This document shows positions 46,857 through 56,792 of a DNA stretch of 64,000 nucleotides, piece after piece. The translations under genes were made by a program, and so were the position numbers. How positions within the stretch are numbered: position 1 is the first letter of the stretch; each line of letters starts with the position of its first letter. This stretch comes from an uncultured Acidobacteriota bacterium (lineage in GTDB: Bacteria; Acidobacteriota; Terriglobia; Acidiferrales; UBA7541), in contig CAWEXR010000032.1 of the NCBI GenBank assembly GCA_963813045.1, forward strand, positions 21,994 through 85,993, written 5' to 3'. The notes under the pieces were generated by a model. It was not told the origin of the DNA, searched no databases, and saw nothing but the letters and a program-made list of their open reading frames with translations.

Positions 46857-47750
46857 TTACAGCTTCAGTCCTCGCAGGTACGTCCGAAAATCGTTCCCGA
46901 ACTGCGGATTCCTTAACCCGAATTCAACCGTTGCCTGGAGAAACCCAAGCTTGTCGCCCGCATCGTAAGTCTTGCCTTCGTAGATGTACGCCATCAGCTT
47001 GCCCGCCTCAGCCAGCCGCCGGAGACCGTCTGTAAGCTGAATCTCACCGCCCGCGCCGGGCTTCGTGGCCGCCAGATATTCGAAAATCTCGGGCGGCAAC
47101 ACGTAGCGGCCGGTCACGCCGAGATTCGACGGCGCCTTGTCCGCGCTCGGCTTCTCCACCAGATCCTTGACGCGCAGGAGCCGCTCGCCGAAGCGCGAAT
47201 CCTCGGCCGGCGCCGGGTCGATGATTCCGTAGAGATGAACCCGCTCGCGCGGCACTTTCTCGACGTGAATCGCCCCCGCTCCAGTCGCCTCGTAGATATC
47301 GATCAGCCGCCGCGTGGCGGCAACCGGGCCGTCCATGATGACGTCGCCGAGCAGCACCGCGAACGGTTCGTCGCCCACCAGTTCCGCGGCGCAAAGCACC
47401 GCGTGGCCCAGCCCCAGCGCCTCGCTCTGCCGCGTGTAGCTGAAGTGCAACCCGCCGCTGATTTCCCGTACCATCGTTGCTTGTTCCGATTTCCCGCGCT
47501 CCTCGAGGAAACTCTCGAGTTCCGGCGCCAGGTCGAAATGGTCTTCGATCGCGCTCTTGTGGCGGCCCGTGACAAAAATCACGTGCTCGATGCCCGAGGC
47601 GATGCACTCCTCGACCGCATACTGGATCAGCGGTTTGTCGACGACCGGCAGCATTTCCTTCGGCATGGCCTTCGTCGCCGGGAGAAACCTCGTCCCAAGC
47701 CCCGCCACCGGCAGGACTGCCTTGCGCACTTTCTTCGTTTTTCCAGTCAT
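46857..47750 (-). CDS. galU: UTP--glucose-1-phosphate uridylyltransferase
   Basis: The 297-aa ORF carries AVLPVAGLGTRFLPATKAMPKEMLPVVDKPLIQY. Confidence 0.95.
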   Translation of the reverse strand: MTGKTKKVRKAVLPVAGLGTRFLPATKAMPKEMLPVVDKPLIQYAVEECIASGIEHVIFVTGRHKSAIEDHFDLAPELESFLEERGKSEQATMVREISGGLHFSYTRQSEALGLGHAVLCAAELVGDEPFAVLLGDVIMDGPVAATRRLIDIYEATGAGAIHVEKVPRERVHLYGIIDPAPAEDSRFGERLLRVKDLVEKPSADKAPSNLGVTGRYVLPPEIFEYLAATKPGAGGEIQLTDGLRRLAEAGKLMAYIYEGKTYDAGDKLGFLQATVEFGLRNPQFGNDFRTYLRGLKL

Positions 47751-47846
47751 TTGATCGCGGTCGCTTGCCGGCTCGCCTTCTGCCCGCGTAGCGTGCCTCG
47801 ATCGCTATGCTAACATAGGGTTTTTGGGCATCTGCAAGATTGAGCC

Positions 47847-48974
47847 ATGAGTGTGAGTACCCGCGAACATCTGATTCTCGGCATCGAATCGTCCTGTGAC
47901 GAGACGGCGGCGGCGATTGTCGCCGGAGGACGCCGCATTCTTTCGAGCGTCGTGGCCTCGCAAATCGACATTCACCGCAAGTACGGCGGCGTGGTTCCGG
48001 AGCTTGCCTCGCGCGAGCATCTGCGGCAGATCGTGCCCGTGGTGCGCGAAGCGGTCGGCCAGGCGGGCGTGGAATTGCGCGACCTGGATGCTATCGCGGT
48101 CACGCAAGGCCCGGGCCTGATCGGTTCGCTTCTCGTCGGCCTCACCTACGGCAAGGTGCTCGCGATGGCGCTCGGGAAGCCGCTCGTCGGCGTGAACCAT
48201 CTCGAAGGCCACGTTCACGCGGTGTTGCTCGAAGCGCACGCGGCCAGCCGCCAACCCGAATTGCCCGCCGTTTGCCTCATTGTTTCCGGCGGCCACACAA
48301 TTCTCTACCACGTCACCTCTGAATCGCAGAATGGCTCGCGAAAATTCTCCTACGCCCGCATCGGCGGCACTCGCGACGACGCCGCCGGCGAAGCCTACGA
48401 CAAGGTCGCGCGGATGCTCGCGCTCGGCTATCCCGGCGGCCCGATCATCGACACGCTCGCGCCCCACGGCAACCCGCTCGCCATTCGCTTCGGCGAGCCG
48501 AAAATGAGCGGCAACCCGCACGATTTCAGCTTCAGCGGAATCAAGACGGCTGTGCTGTATCACCTGCGCCGCAACCCACAGCTTCAGCCCGAGATCGAGG
48601 CCCGGCAGCAAGCGTTGGCTCGCGGCGATCGCGGCCCGGACGCGCTCCGCGCGCTCTGCACGCCGTCGACGCTCGACCTGATTGCGAGTTTCCAGCGCGC
48701 GGTCGTCGCCAGTCTTGTCTCGCGCACACTCGTTGCCGCCGGGGAACGCGTCGCGCGCACCGTGCTCGTTTCCGGCGGCGTGGCCGCAAACAGCGAGCTC
48801 CGCCGCTCCTTCGAAGCCGAAGCCGCGCGACGCGGGATCGAAGTCTATTTCCCCAGCCGCGCGCTTTCTACGGATAACGCTGCAATGATCGCCGCCGCCG
48901 GCCACGCGCGCTTTCTCGCCGGCGACCGCGCCGACTCCACGCTCGAAGCCGAAGCCAACCTGCCGCTGGTCTAG
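47847..48974 (+). CDS. tsaD: tRNA N6-adenosine threonylcarbamoyltransferase
   Basis: The 375-aa ORF has ILGIESSCDETAAAI, GVVPELASREH and GGVAANS motifs. Confidence 0.95.
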   Translation: MSVSTREHLILGIESSCDETAAAIVAGGRRILSSVVASQIDIHRKYGGVVPELASREHLRQIVPVVREAVGQAGVELRDLDAIAVTQGPGLIGSLLVGLTYGKVLAMALGKPLVGVNHLEGHVHAVLLEAHAASRQPELPAVCLIVSGGHTILYHVTSESQNGSRKFSYARIGGTRDDAAGEAYDKVARMLALGYPGGPIIDTLAPHGNPLAIRFGEPKMSGNPHDFSFSGIKTAVLYHLRRNPQLQPEIEARQQALARGDRGPDALRALCTPSTLDLIASFQRAVVASLVSRTLVAAGERVARTVLVSGGVAANSELRRSFEAEAARRGIEVYFPSRALSTDNAAMIAAAGHARFLAGDRADSTLEAEANLPLV

Positions 48975-49049
48975 TTCTCGATCCCAGGCATCGCGTTACT
49001 TGAGCGCATTCCGCGCGTGATGTATTGTGTCGCTGCGAAAGGCGAAAGC

Positions 49050-49917
49050 ATGGACCAATCCAAGACCATGACCGGCAAGACCTGCGTCGTCACCGGCGCG
49101 AACAGCGGCATCGGAAAAGAGACGGCCCTCGGCCTCGCCCAAATGGGCGCGCGCGTTGTTATGGTCTGCCGCAACCCCGAGAAAGGACAAGCGGCGCTCG
49201 AAGAGATCCGACGCGAGTCCGGATCTTCCGACCTCGAACTAATGATCGCGGACATGTCGTCACAGGCATCCGTGCGAGCACTCGCGGAGCAAATCCGGCA
49301 GAAATGCCCTCGCCTCGACGTGCTGATCAACAACGCAGGCGGGGGCACACGCGCGCGCACGCTGTCCGCGGACGGCATCGAGATGGTGGTTGCCACCAAC
49401 CATTTGGGCGCCGCCCTGCTCACGCTTCTCTTGCTCGATCTCCTGAAGGCCAGCGCGCCTTCGCGAATCGTCAACGTTTCGTCGGAGGCGCAGCGCCGTG
49501 CGCGTCTCGATATGAACGACATTCAGTTCGAGCACCGGAAATTCGGGTTCGCCGCCTACGGACAATCGAAAGCTGCTGATGAATGCGTTTACATTCGAAT
49601 TGGCACGAAGACTGGAAGGAACCGGCGTGACCGCCAATTGCTTGCACCCGGGCGTGGTCGCGACGAATATCTGGGGCGCCAATCCACCGCTGATGTTCAA
49701 GCTGATCATCACCGTGGTGAAACCGTTCATGCTGAATTCGAAACAGGGCGCCGAAGTGTCTCTCTATCTCGCGACTTCCCCGGACGTGGCCAAAGTGACG
49801 GGCACCTATTTCGTGAAGTCAAAACCTGCGGAGTCCAATCCTCTCTCGCGCGATCCGAAGGTCGCTGCCGAAATCTGGCAGTGGACTCAGAAAATGATCG
49901 GGACGAATCTGGCGTGA
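49050..49917 (+). pseudogene. short-chain dehydrogenase/reductase (retinol-dehydrogenase-like), apparent +1 frameshift at the AAA run 49569-49571
   Basis: The frame of ORF 49017 gives TCVVTGANSGIGKE..NNAG..SSEAQ..YGQSK and then nonsense. The frame of ORF 49579 continues LLMNAFTFELARRLEGTGVTANCLHPGVV. Deleting one A restores the catalytic YGQSKLLMNAFT. Confidence 0.75.
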
Positions 49918-49921
49918 CCCT

Positions 49922-51067
49922 TTACAGTAGCGGCGGTTCGTAGATGTAGGCGAGGCCGTCGGGGGTGACGGCGTAGGCCTTCGAGCCGTCCAGGCTCCAG
50001 CGCAGATCGGCGACGCCCTCGGCCGCATACTCGTCGAAAACGGCAAGGCTCTCCAGATCGACTAGAAACAGTCTGCCCTTTGCGGAGTTTTTAAGCCACG
50101 AGCTGTAGCACAGGCACAACGGAAAGTGCGGGTGGCACGCGCACAGCTCGGCGCCGAACGGCAGCGCCTCCGCCTGCATCGTCTCGGTTGCGAGCCGGTA
50201 AGACTGCCCCGCCGCGCAAAAAATCAGCTGGCGGCTATCGAACGTCCACGCGAGATCCGTAATGTGCCCCTGTGCCTGAAACGAATTCTGCCGCCGCAGC
50301 GTCGGCACCACCAGCAGCACGATCGAATCGTCGGCCCACGCGCCCTCCATCCGAACGACAGTCGCCAGCGCTCCGTCGTCCGGACTGAAGACGCTGCGGC
50401 CAAATCCCGCAAACGTGCCTTCGTCGCTCGAGTCCGTCTCGAGGTTTGGCGGCTCCGAACCCTCCTCACTCTGCGGCGCTGCCATTTCGCTCGCCGGAGC
50501 TCCCCCGAAAGGCATCCCAAAGGGCGATTCGGGAAGCGCCTCCCACAATTGCAATCGCGCGTCCCTTCCCCCGCCCGTGGCAGCGGCCAGGTGTCTCCCG
50601 CTCTCCGACCATGCCAGAGCCTCCGGGAAATTCGGAAATTTTCCGAACGAGCCGAGAAAAACCTTCCCGTGAAGATCGAAGACGTGCAACTCTCGCGGCC
50701 AGGCGCCCCACGCTGCCACCAGATGGCGCGCCGTGGGCGAGTAAGCAAACGCCGCAGGCAGACCCGCCGGACACATGGCCGGCTCGTCGGGAACGGCCAG
50801 CGTCGAATTCGGCACGGTCAGCTCGATGTCGTAGAGCCAGACGCGCTCGGTGCCCTGACGCACGAGCGGCGAAACCGCGCACACCTGGCCGGCCGGCGAA
50901 ATCGCGAGACGCGAGGAACGCGCGGTGAATACTTTCTTGATCAGCCAGTTGGAATCGCGCGTCAAGTCGCGCAGTCCGCGCGCGACGATCGCCGCGGACC
51001 GCACCGCCAGCGCTTGCGACGGCGTCGGGACGATCTGTTGCGCGGCGGATTTTTCGCGCGTTTCCAT
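49922..51067 (-). CDS. hypothetical protein, degenerate WD40-like beta-propeller
   Basis: This is the last 381 codons of ORF 49922..51655, starting at METREK. Blade-like units recur: LAISPAGQVCAV, FAYSPTARHLVAA, LAWSESGRHLAAA, VFSPDDGALATV, LAWTFDSRQLIFC and LRWSLDGSKAYAV. Confidence 0.6.
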   Translation of the reverse strand: METREKSAAQQIVPTPSQALAVRSAAIVARGLRDLTRDSNWLIKKVFTARSSRLAISPAGQVCAVSPLVRQGTERVWLYDIELTVPNSTLAVPDEPAMCPAGLPAAFAYSPTARHLVAAWGAWPRELHVFDLHGKVFLGSFGKFPNFPEALAWSESGRHLAAATGGGRDARLQLWEALPESPFGMPFGGAPASEMAAPQSEEGSEPPNLETDSSDEGTFAGFGRSVFSPDDGALATVVRMEGAWADDSIVLLVVPTLRRQNSFQAQGHITDLAWTFDSRQLIFCAAGQSYRLATETMQAEALPFGAELCACHPHFPLCLCYSSWLKNSAKGRLFLVDLESLAVFDEYAAEGVADLRWSLDGSKAYAVTPDGLAYIYEPPLL

Positions 51068-51897
51068 CAGGAGCGAGGCGCTGAGGCGGGCGCTTCGAGC
51101 CGCTCTTTCGCGAGCGCGATCTGTTCTTCCACTTTTTGGATCATCTCGGCGAGCACGTCGCGGCCGCCCTTCTCCGCTTCCTCGATCCGCGACTTCAACT
51201 GGTAGAGTTCGGAGCGCACCAGTTCCTGCATCTCCGCTTCGATCTCGGCCAGCCGGCCTCGCGCCTGGCTTACGCGCCGGATCACGCGAACGAGCTCCGG
51301 GCCGGTCCCTTCGCCTTCGACGTTGTCCGGGCTGCACTCGTAGGCCGTCAGGATTTTGGCGAGCCGCGCTTCGTCTCCGCGCTCGTATGCCTGGTTGGCT
51401 TCCGCCATCAACTCCTGGCGCTTCGCGCGGTCTTCGCGATTCGAGGTGAGATCGGGATGGATTCGCTTGGCGACTTCGCGGTACAGCCGCTTCATCTCCG
51501 GCGACGCCTTGAACGCGCGCGGCTCCTGCGCCGCCTCTTCGCCCACGGCGGATTTCGTCTCGCCGGCGATCGCGCGTGCATCGCGCGCCGCTTGTTGCGC
51601 CCGCTCGTTGCCGGGCTGCTCGCGTGCCGCGCGCTCGGCCAGTCTCGCCTTCCACTCATCGAGCTCGGCATAACGCGAGCCCACGAAGTGCAGGTAGCGC
51701 CGCTCGAATGCCCCGAGCTCCGCCCGCAGATTCGCGGAACGCAGCTCGCGGTCGGCTAGATCAGCCTCGAGCGCCGCCTGTTCGCTTTGCTTCTGCGCGA
51801 GCTCGTGCTCCTCCGGCTTGATCGGAGGCTTGTAGGAAGTCTTCGCGGACGCGTTGGCGCGCGCCTTCTCCGGGTGGACGTCCACGGATTTCGCCAT
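51067..51897 (-). CDS. J-domain (DnaJ-like) coiled-coil protein
   Basis: The 276-aa ORF has a central J-domain (MKRLYREVAKRIHPDLTSNREDRAKRQELMAEANQAYERGD, with the HPD tripeptide). It is flanked by Glu/Arg/Ala-rich helical segments. Confidence 0.75.
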   Translation of the reverse strand: MAKSVDVHPEKARANASAKTSYKPPIKPEEHELAQKQSEQAALEADLADRELRSANLRAELGAFERRYLHFVGSRYAELDEWKARLAERAAREQPGNERAQQAARDARAIAGETKSAVGEEAAQEPRAFKASPEMKRLYREVAKRIHPDLTSNREDRAKRQELMAEANQAYERGDEARLAKILTAYECSPDNVEGEGTGPELVRVIRRVSQARGRLAEIEAEMQELVRSELYQLKSRIEEAEKGGRDVLAEMIQKVEEQIALAKERLEAPASAPRS

Positions 51898-52184
51898 GAT
51901 GTTCGCCTCTGAGAGTGGCCTGCATCGAGGCTCGCGGCCTATTGCTTCCCGAGCAGGCCGCAGCGCCCCGGACTCAATAAATTGTATGTCGCGGCCGAGG
52001 GGGTGCCGAGGCTTTGGCGGGCCGAAGTTTCCAGAATTTCAAACGCGATTCCCGCCCTGGTAGAAGACCAGCCCAATATGTCTCTGTGGCGGCGCGCGGC
52101 CCGGACTTGCTTCGCTTACCGAAGAAACGCGTGACCGGCTAGAATCAGGGTCAGTCAGCTACGACGAAAGGAGCCTTCAACGCC

Positions 52185-52699
52185 ATGGCCGAAACACCGC
52201 AGCAGTACATCCAACGCATGCTGGGCATCGTCGGAGACCAGCAGCCGCTGAAAGTTCAGGCCGCCACGCCCAAGAAACTCGAGCGCTTGCTGAAAGGCGT
52301 TCCGGGATCGAAATTGCGGAAGCGGCCCGCGCCGGGAAAATGGTCGATTGCCGAGATCGTCGCGCACATCTCGGATACCGAGCTGGTCGGCGGCTACCGC
52401 ATTCGCACGATTCTTGGCGCTCCCGGGACGCCGATTATCAGGCATTCGATCAGGACGTCTGGGTCACCGCCCTGCACTACGACAAGCGCGATCCGCGCAA
52501 GTCGTTCGAGCAGTTTTGCGCGCTCCGCGCCGCGAACCTCGCGCTGCTGAAAACGCTCACGCCCGAACAGTGGGAGCACTACGGCATGCATTCCGAGCGC
52601 GGCAAGGAGAGCGTCGCGCACATCGCCCGCATGTTCGCGGGGCACGACATCAACCACCTCGGACAAATCGAACGAATCCTGGCTGCGAAGAAGAAGTAG
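52185..52699 (+). pseudogene. DinB-family (DinB_2) protein, apparent -1 frameshift near the GGG run 52425-52427
   Basis: ORF 52185 gives KWSIAEIVAHISDTELVGGYRIRTILGAPG and then nonsense. ORF 52340 continues DADYQAFDQDVW..EHYGMHSERGKESVAHIARMFAGHDINHLGQIERI. This restores the DinB His triad pattern. Confidence 0.7.
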
Positions 52700-52739
52700 T
52701 CCCCAATTTACCCCACGGACCAACAACGGTCCGTCGGGG

Positions 52740-54894
52740 CTACCAGATCCGGCAGCGCTGAGCCGCTGGGCGGACCATGGGGGACTTCGCGCCGCAACCC
52801 CACGCCTTCGCAAACGCCGGGAGATTCGATGGCGGGCCGTCCGCCCGGAATTGATCCAGCGGATGCGGATTGGTCTTGGCGATCAGCCGGGCGTATTCCG
52901 GGCGGAAGTTCGCCGCCCAGACTTGCGCCCAACCCAGGAAGAAACGCTGGTCGGGGGTGAAGCCATCGATCGGTTCGGGGGCGGGCTTACCTTCCAGCGT
53001 CTTCAGGAAGGCCGCGTGGGCGATTGTAAGGCCGCCCAGGTCGGCGATGCTTTCGCCCTCCTCGAGTTTTCCGTTTTCGTGCAGGCCCGGCTCGACCTCG
53101 TACGCATCAAACTGCTGGACGATGCACTCGCCGCGCTCCTGAAAATTCTTCAGGTCCTCGGGCGTCCACCAATTCTTGAGATTCCCCTGGCCGTCGAACT
53201 CGGCGCCCTGATCGTCGAAGCCGTGGGTCATTTCATGGCCGATCACGGAACCCATGCCGCCGTAGTTGATGGCGTCGTCGGCGTTACGATTGAAAAACGG
53301 CGGCTGCAAAATGCCCGCCGGAAAAACGATTTCGTTCATCGAGGGGTTATAGTAGGCGTTGACTGTCGGCGGCGTCATGTCCCATTCCATGCGGTCGACG
53401 GGCTTGCCGATCTTCGCCATGTCCCGCGCCACTTCGAAAGCATCGCCGCGAATCGCGTTCTCGACATACGGCCCGCGATCCACCTTATACGCTGAGTAGT
53501 CGCGCCACTTGTCGGGGTAGCCGATCTTGAGGGTGAACGCGTCGAGCTTCTTGATGGCTTGCTCGCGGGTCGCGGGGCTCATCCAATCCAGAGTCGTGAG
53601 GTCGTCGTGGAGCGCCGCTATCAGGTTCTTCACCATGGCCAGCGCCTTGGCTTTTGCTTCTGGCGGGAAATAGCGCTCGACGTAATACTGGCCCAGGGCT
53701 TCGCCCAGATGCCCATCGGTCGATTGCACGCAACGCTGCCAGCGCGGCAGGAGTTGCTTTGTGCCCGTTAGCGTTTTTCCATAAAAGTCGAAATTCTCGT
53801 CGACAAACTTGGCCGGCAGGCTCCCCGCAACCGAATGAATCAGGTGCCAGCGGAGATAGGTCTTCCAATTATCGAGCGGGACGGAGGCGAGTCCGGAATC
53901 CACCTGCTTGAAAAAGTCGGGCTGGCCGATGTCGGCATCTTGCAGCGGAGGAGCGCCCATCTCCTTGAAATAGCTGACCCACGAGAAATGGGGTGTGAGA
54001 TCGCCGAGCTGCGCCAGCGTCAATCGGTGATAATTCGCCACGGGATCGCGCAGGTCCTCGCGCTTCTTCGAGGCCGTCGCGAGCGCGGTCTCCGCATCGA
54101 GCACGGACTTCGCCTCGGCAGGCGGCCGTCGCGTCGTCATCGCCCATCAACTTGAACATGTTCGTAACGTGCTGGACGTAGCCGGCGCGAAGCTGCTTCG
54201 AACGATCGTCGTCATCGAGATAGTATTGGCGGTCCGGCAGGCCGAGGCCGCCCTGCCCTGCTCCCGCGATCACCTGCGTGCTGTCCTTCAAATCCTGCTC
54301 GGAACCGAACGCAAAAACAGCGTCGATGCCCGTGCGTTGCAGTCGCGCGATCTCCGCCTGTAGCTCGGCGGCGTCCTTGATATCGGCGATGCGCTGCAAT
54401 TCGGGTTCGAGGGGCTTCAGGCCGGCGGATTCGATCTGCCTCTCATCCATGCAGCTCGCATAGAAGTCGCCGATCTTCTGCCAGTTCGAACCGGGTTTGG
54501 CGTTCTTGTCCTTGGCGGCATCCTCGAGGATCTGGTGCAGCTCCTTCTCGTTCTGGTCGCGCAGCTTACTGAACGTGGCCCACGAGGCCTGATCCGGCGG
54601 GATCGGATTGTCCTTCATCCAGCCGCCGTCGGCGAATTTATAGAAGTCATCGCAGGGCGAGACCGAGCGGTCGAGATTCGAAGGGTCGAAACCGTGATCG
54701 GACTTCGCCGGCGCGCCCGCGGCAGAACCGCCTCCGCCGCCCGCCTGAAAACCGGAGCATCCGGCCGCCGTGGCAATCGCGGACGACACCGCGGAATTCG
54801 CGGCCCGGCGCGAATCGGACGACTGCGCGGCAAGCGCCAAAGGAAGCGCAAGGAACAGAACGAGCAACAGCGTGAAGTCAGATCGTCGGATCAT
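52740..54894 (-). pseudogene. M13-family zinc metallopeptidase (PepO/endothelin-converting-enzyme-like), apparent +1 frameshift near 54117-54126
   Basis: The N-terminal ORF 53869..54894 has a signal peptide, CDDFYKFADGGW and DRQYYL, and is sensible up to FKLMGDDDATAA. The C-terminal ORF 52740..54140 is sensible from PAEAKSVLD and carries VIGHEMTHGFD (HExxH) and GESIADLGG. Confidence 0.8.
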
Positions 54895-54912
54895 CGAAGA
54901 AGTCCTCGCCTT

Positions 54913-56412
54913 TCAGGAGTCGATTTGCGCGCGTTGGAGTCGATCGGAATAATCTACGTACACGGTCTTCCATTCGGAATAAAAATCGAGCGCTGCGAGC
55001 CCCGCTTCGCGATGGCCGTTGCCGGTATTTTTCGTGCCGCCGAACGGGAGATGCGTCTCGGCGCCGATCGTGGGCGCGTTGACGTAGACGATGCCGGTCT
55101 CAAGATCGCGTTGCGCGCGGAAAGCATGGTTTACGTTGCGCGTGTAGATCGATGCGGAGAGGCCGTAGCTGACGCCATTCGCGATGGCCAGCGCGTCGTC
55201 GAACGAATCGAACGGGATCACGCAGACCACCGGGCCGAAAATCTCCTCCTGGCAGACGCGCATCTTGGCGTCGCAATCGACAAACACCGTGGGCTCGTGG
55301 AACCATCCCCGCGCGTGGGTCCCGTTTTCGAGCCGGTGACCCCCGGTGGCGAGTTTCGCGCCTTCATTCTTGCCGATCTCGACGTATTTCATCACCGTAT
55401 TAAGTTGCTGCTCGTTGATGCACGGACCCATCTGCGTCGACGGGTCGAGGCCGTCGCCGACCTTCAACGACTTCACGCGCGACACGAACCTTTCGACGAA
55501 TTCGCGATAGACGCCCTTTTGCACGGCGACGCGGCTCGCGGCCGTGCAGCGCTGCCCCGTCGTGCCGAAGCCGCCCCAGACCGCTCCCTCCACCGCGAGA
55601 TCGAGATTCGCGTCGTCCATCACGACGATGATGTTCTTGCCGCCCATCTCGAGATGGCACTTCTTGAACGTCGGCGCGCAGGCCTGGCTCACGATGCGGC
55701 CCACTTCGGTCGAGCCGGTGAAACTGACCAGATTGACGTCCGGATTGCTGAGGATCGGCGCGCCCGCGTCCGGCCCCTCGCCGAAGACCACGTTCAGGAC
55801 TCCCGGCGGCAAACCCGCCTCCGCAAGAACCTGAGTGAGGTTGTAGGTCGAAAGCGGCGTATCTTCCGCGGGCTTCAGCACGATGGTGTTGCCGCAGATC
55901 AAAGCCGGCATCGCCTTCCACGAGGGAATCGCCATCGGGAAATTCCACGGCGTGATCAGTCCCGCCACGCCGACGGGCGCGCGGACTGCCATGGCAAATT
56001 TGTTGGGCAACTCGGACGGCGTGGTATGGCCGAACTGCCGCCGGCCTTCACCGGCCATCAGGTACGTCATGTCGATGGCTTCCTGCACGTCGCCGCGCGT
56101 CTCGGCGAGGACCTTGCCCATCTCGCGCGTCATGTCGCGGGAGTAGTCCTCCTTGCGCGCGACCAGGATTTCAGCGGCGCGGAATAGAATTTCGGCGCGC
56201 TTGGGAGCGGGCGTCAGACGCCATTTGTTGTAGGCCGATTTCGCGGCTTCCACCGCCAGCGCGACGTCTTCGCTTGTCGACGCGGGGAACATTCCGACCA
56301 GCTCATCCCGGTTCGCTGGATTGCGGTCCTCGATCGCCTCGCCGCCGCGGGCTTCCACCCATTCGCCGTTGATGAAGTTCTTGAAGACTTTAGGCGCAAA
56401 TGCGGTAGCCAT
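54913..56412 (-). CDS. NAD(P)-dependent aldehyde dehydrogenase
   Basis: The start is at [18 protein letters not shown] (residue 89 of ORF 54913..56676). Motifs are [15 protein letters not shown] (catalytic Glu), GQRCTAASR (catalytic Cys) and EEIFGPV. Confidence 0.9.
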   Translation of the reverse strand: MATAFAPKVFKNFINGEWVEARGGEAIEDRNPANRDELVGMFPASTSEDVALAVEAAKSAYNKWRLTPAPKRAEILFRAAEILVARKEDYSRDMTREMGKVLAETRGDVQEAIDMTYLMAGEGRRQFGHTTPSELPNKFAMAVRAPVGVAGLITPWNFPMAIPSWKAMPALICGNTIVLKPAEDTPLSTYNLTQVLAEAGLPPGVLNVVFGEGPDAGAPILSNPDVNLVSFTGSTEVGRIVSQACAPTFKKCHLEMGGKNIIVVMDDANLDLAVEGAVWGGFGTTGQRCTAASRVAVQKGVYREFVERFVSRVKSLKVGDGLDPSTQMGPCINEQQLNTVMKYVEIGKNEGAKLATGGHRLENGTHARGWFHEPTVFVDCDAKMRVCQEEIFGPVVCVIPFDSFDDALAIANGVSYGLSASIYTRNVNHAFRAQRDLETGIVYVNAPTIGAETHLPFGGTKNTGNGHREAGLAALDFYSEWKTVYVDYSDRLQRAQIDS

Positions 56413-56792
56413 GGTCGCCGCTCCTGTAGGATTCCCGGATTGCAGCCTCGGAGCCGCTATCGCCAGTCGCCAAGGCTCCTGAATCACGCTAGCACCAAGG
56501 AACCCGGCTGGGAAGGGGGTAGTTCGCGCAAAACTCGGCCTGGCGGAAGCCTTCGAAAGTCGCCGAGCACCATACGTTCGGGAGACTCGGGAGGTGTTTC
56601 GTACTGGTAAAGTTCTCGTTTCGGCACTGACGATACATTTGCATGTTTCACTCTGAACCATCACCTCTAGAATCAACCACAGCAGTAACTAAGAACTTAA
56701 TCTGCGCGCCAGAGATTTGGGTTCGTTACAGTCCATACCCGAATTCTCTCCAGTTGACCAAGCTTCTGGCACAGCGCCCCCGAGGAAACGCC

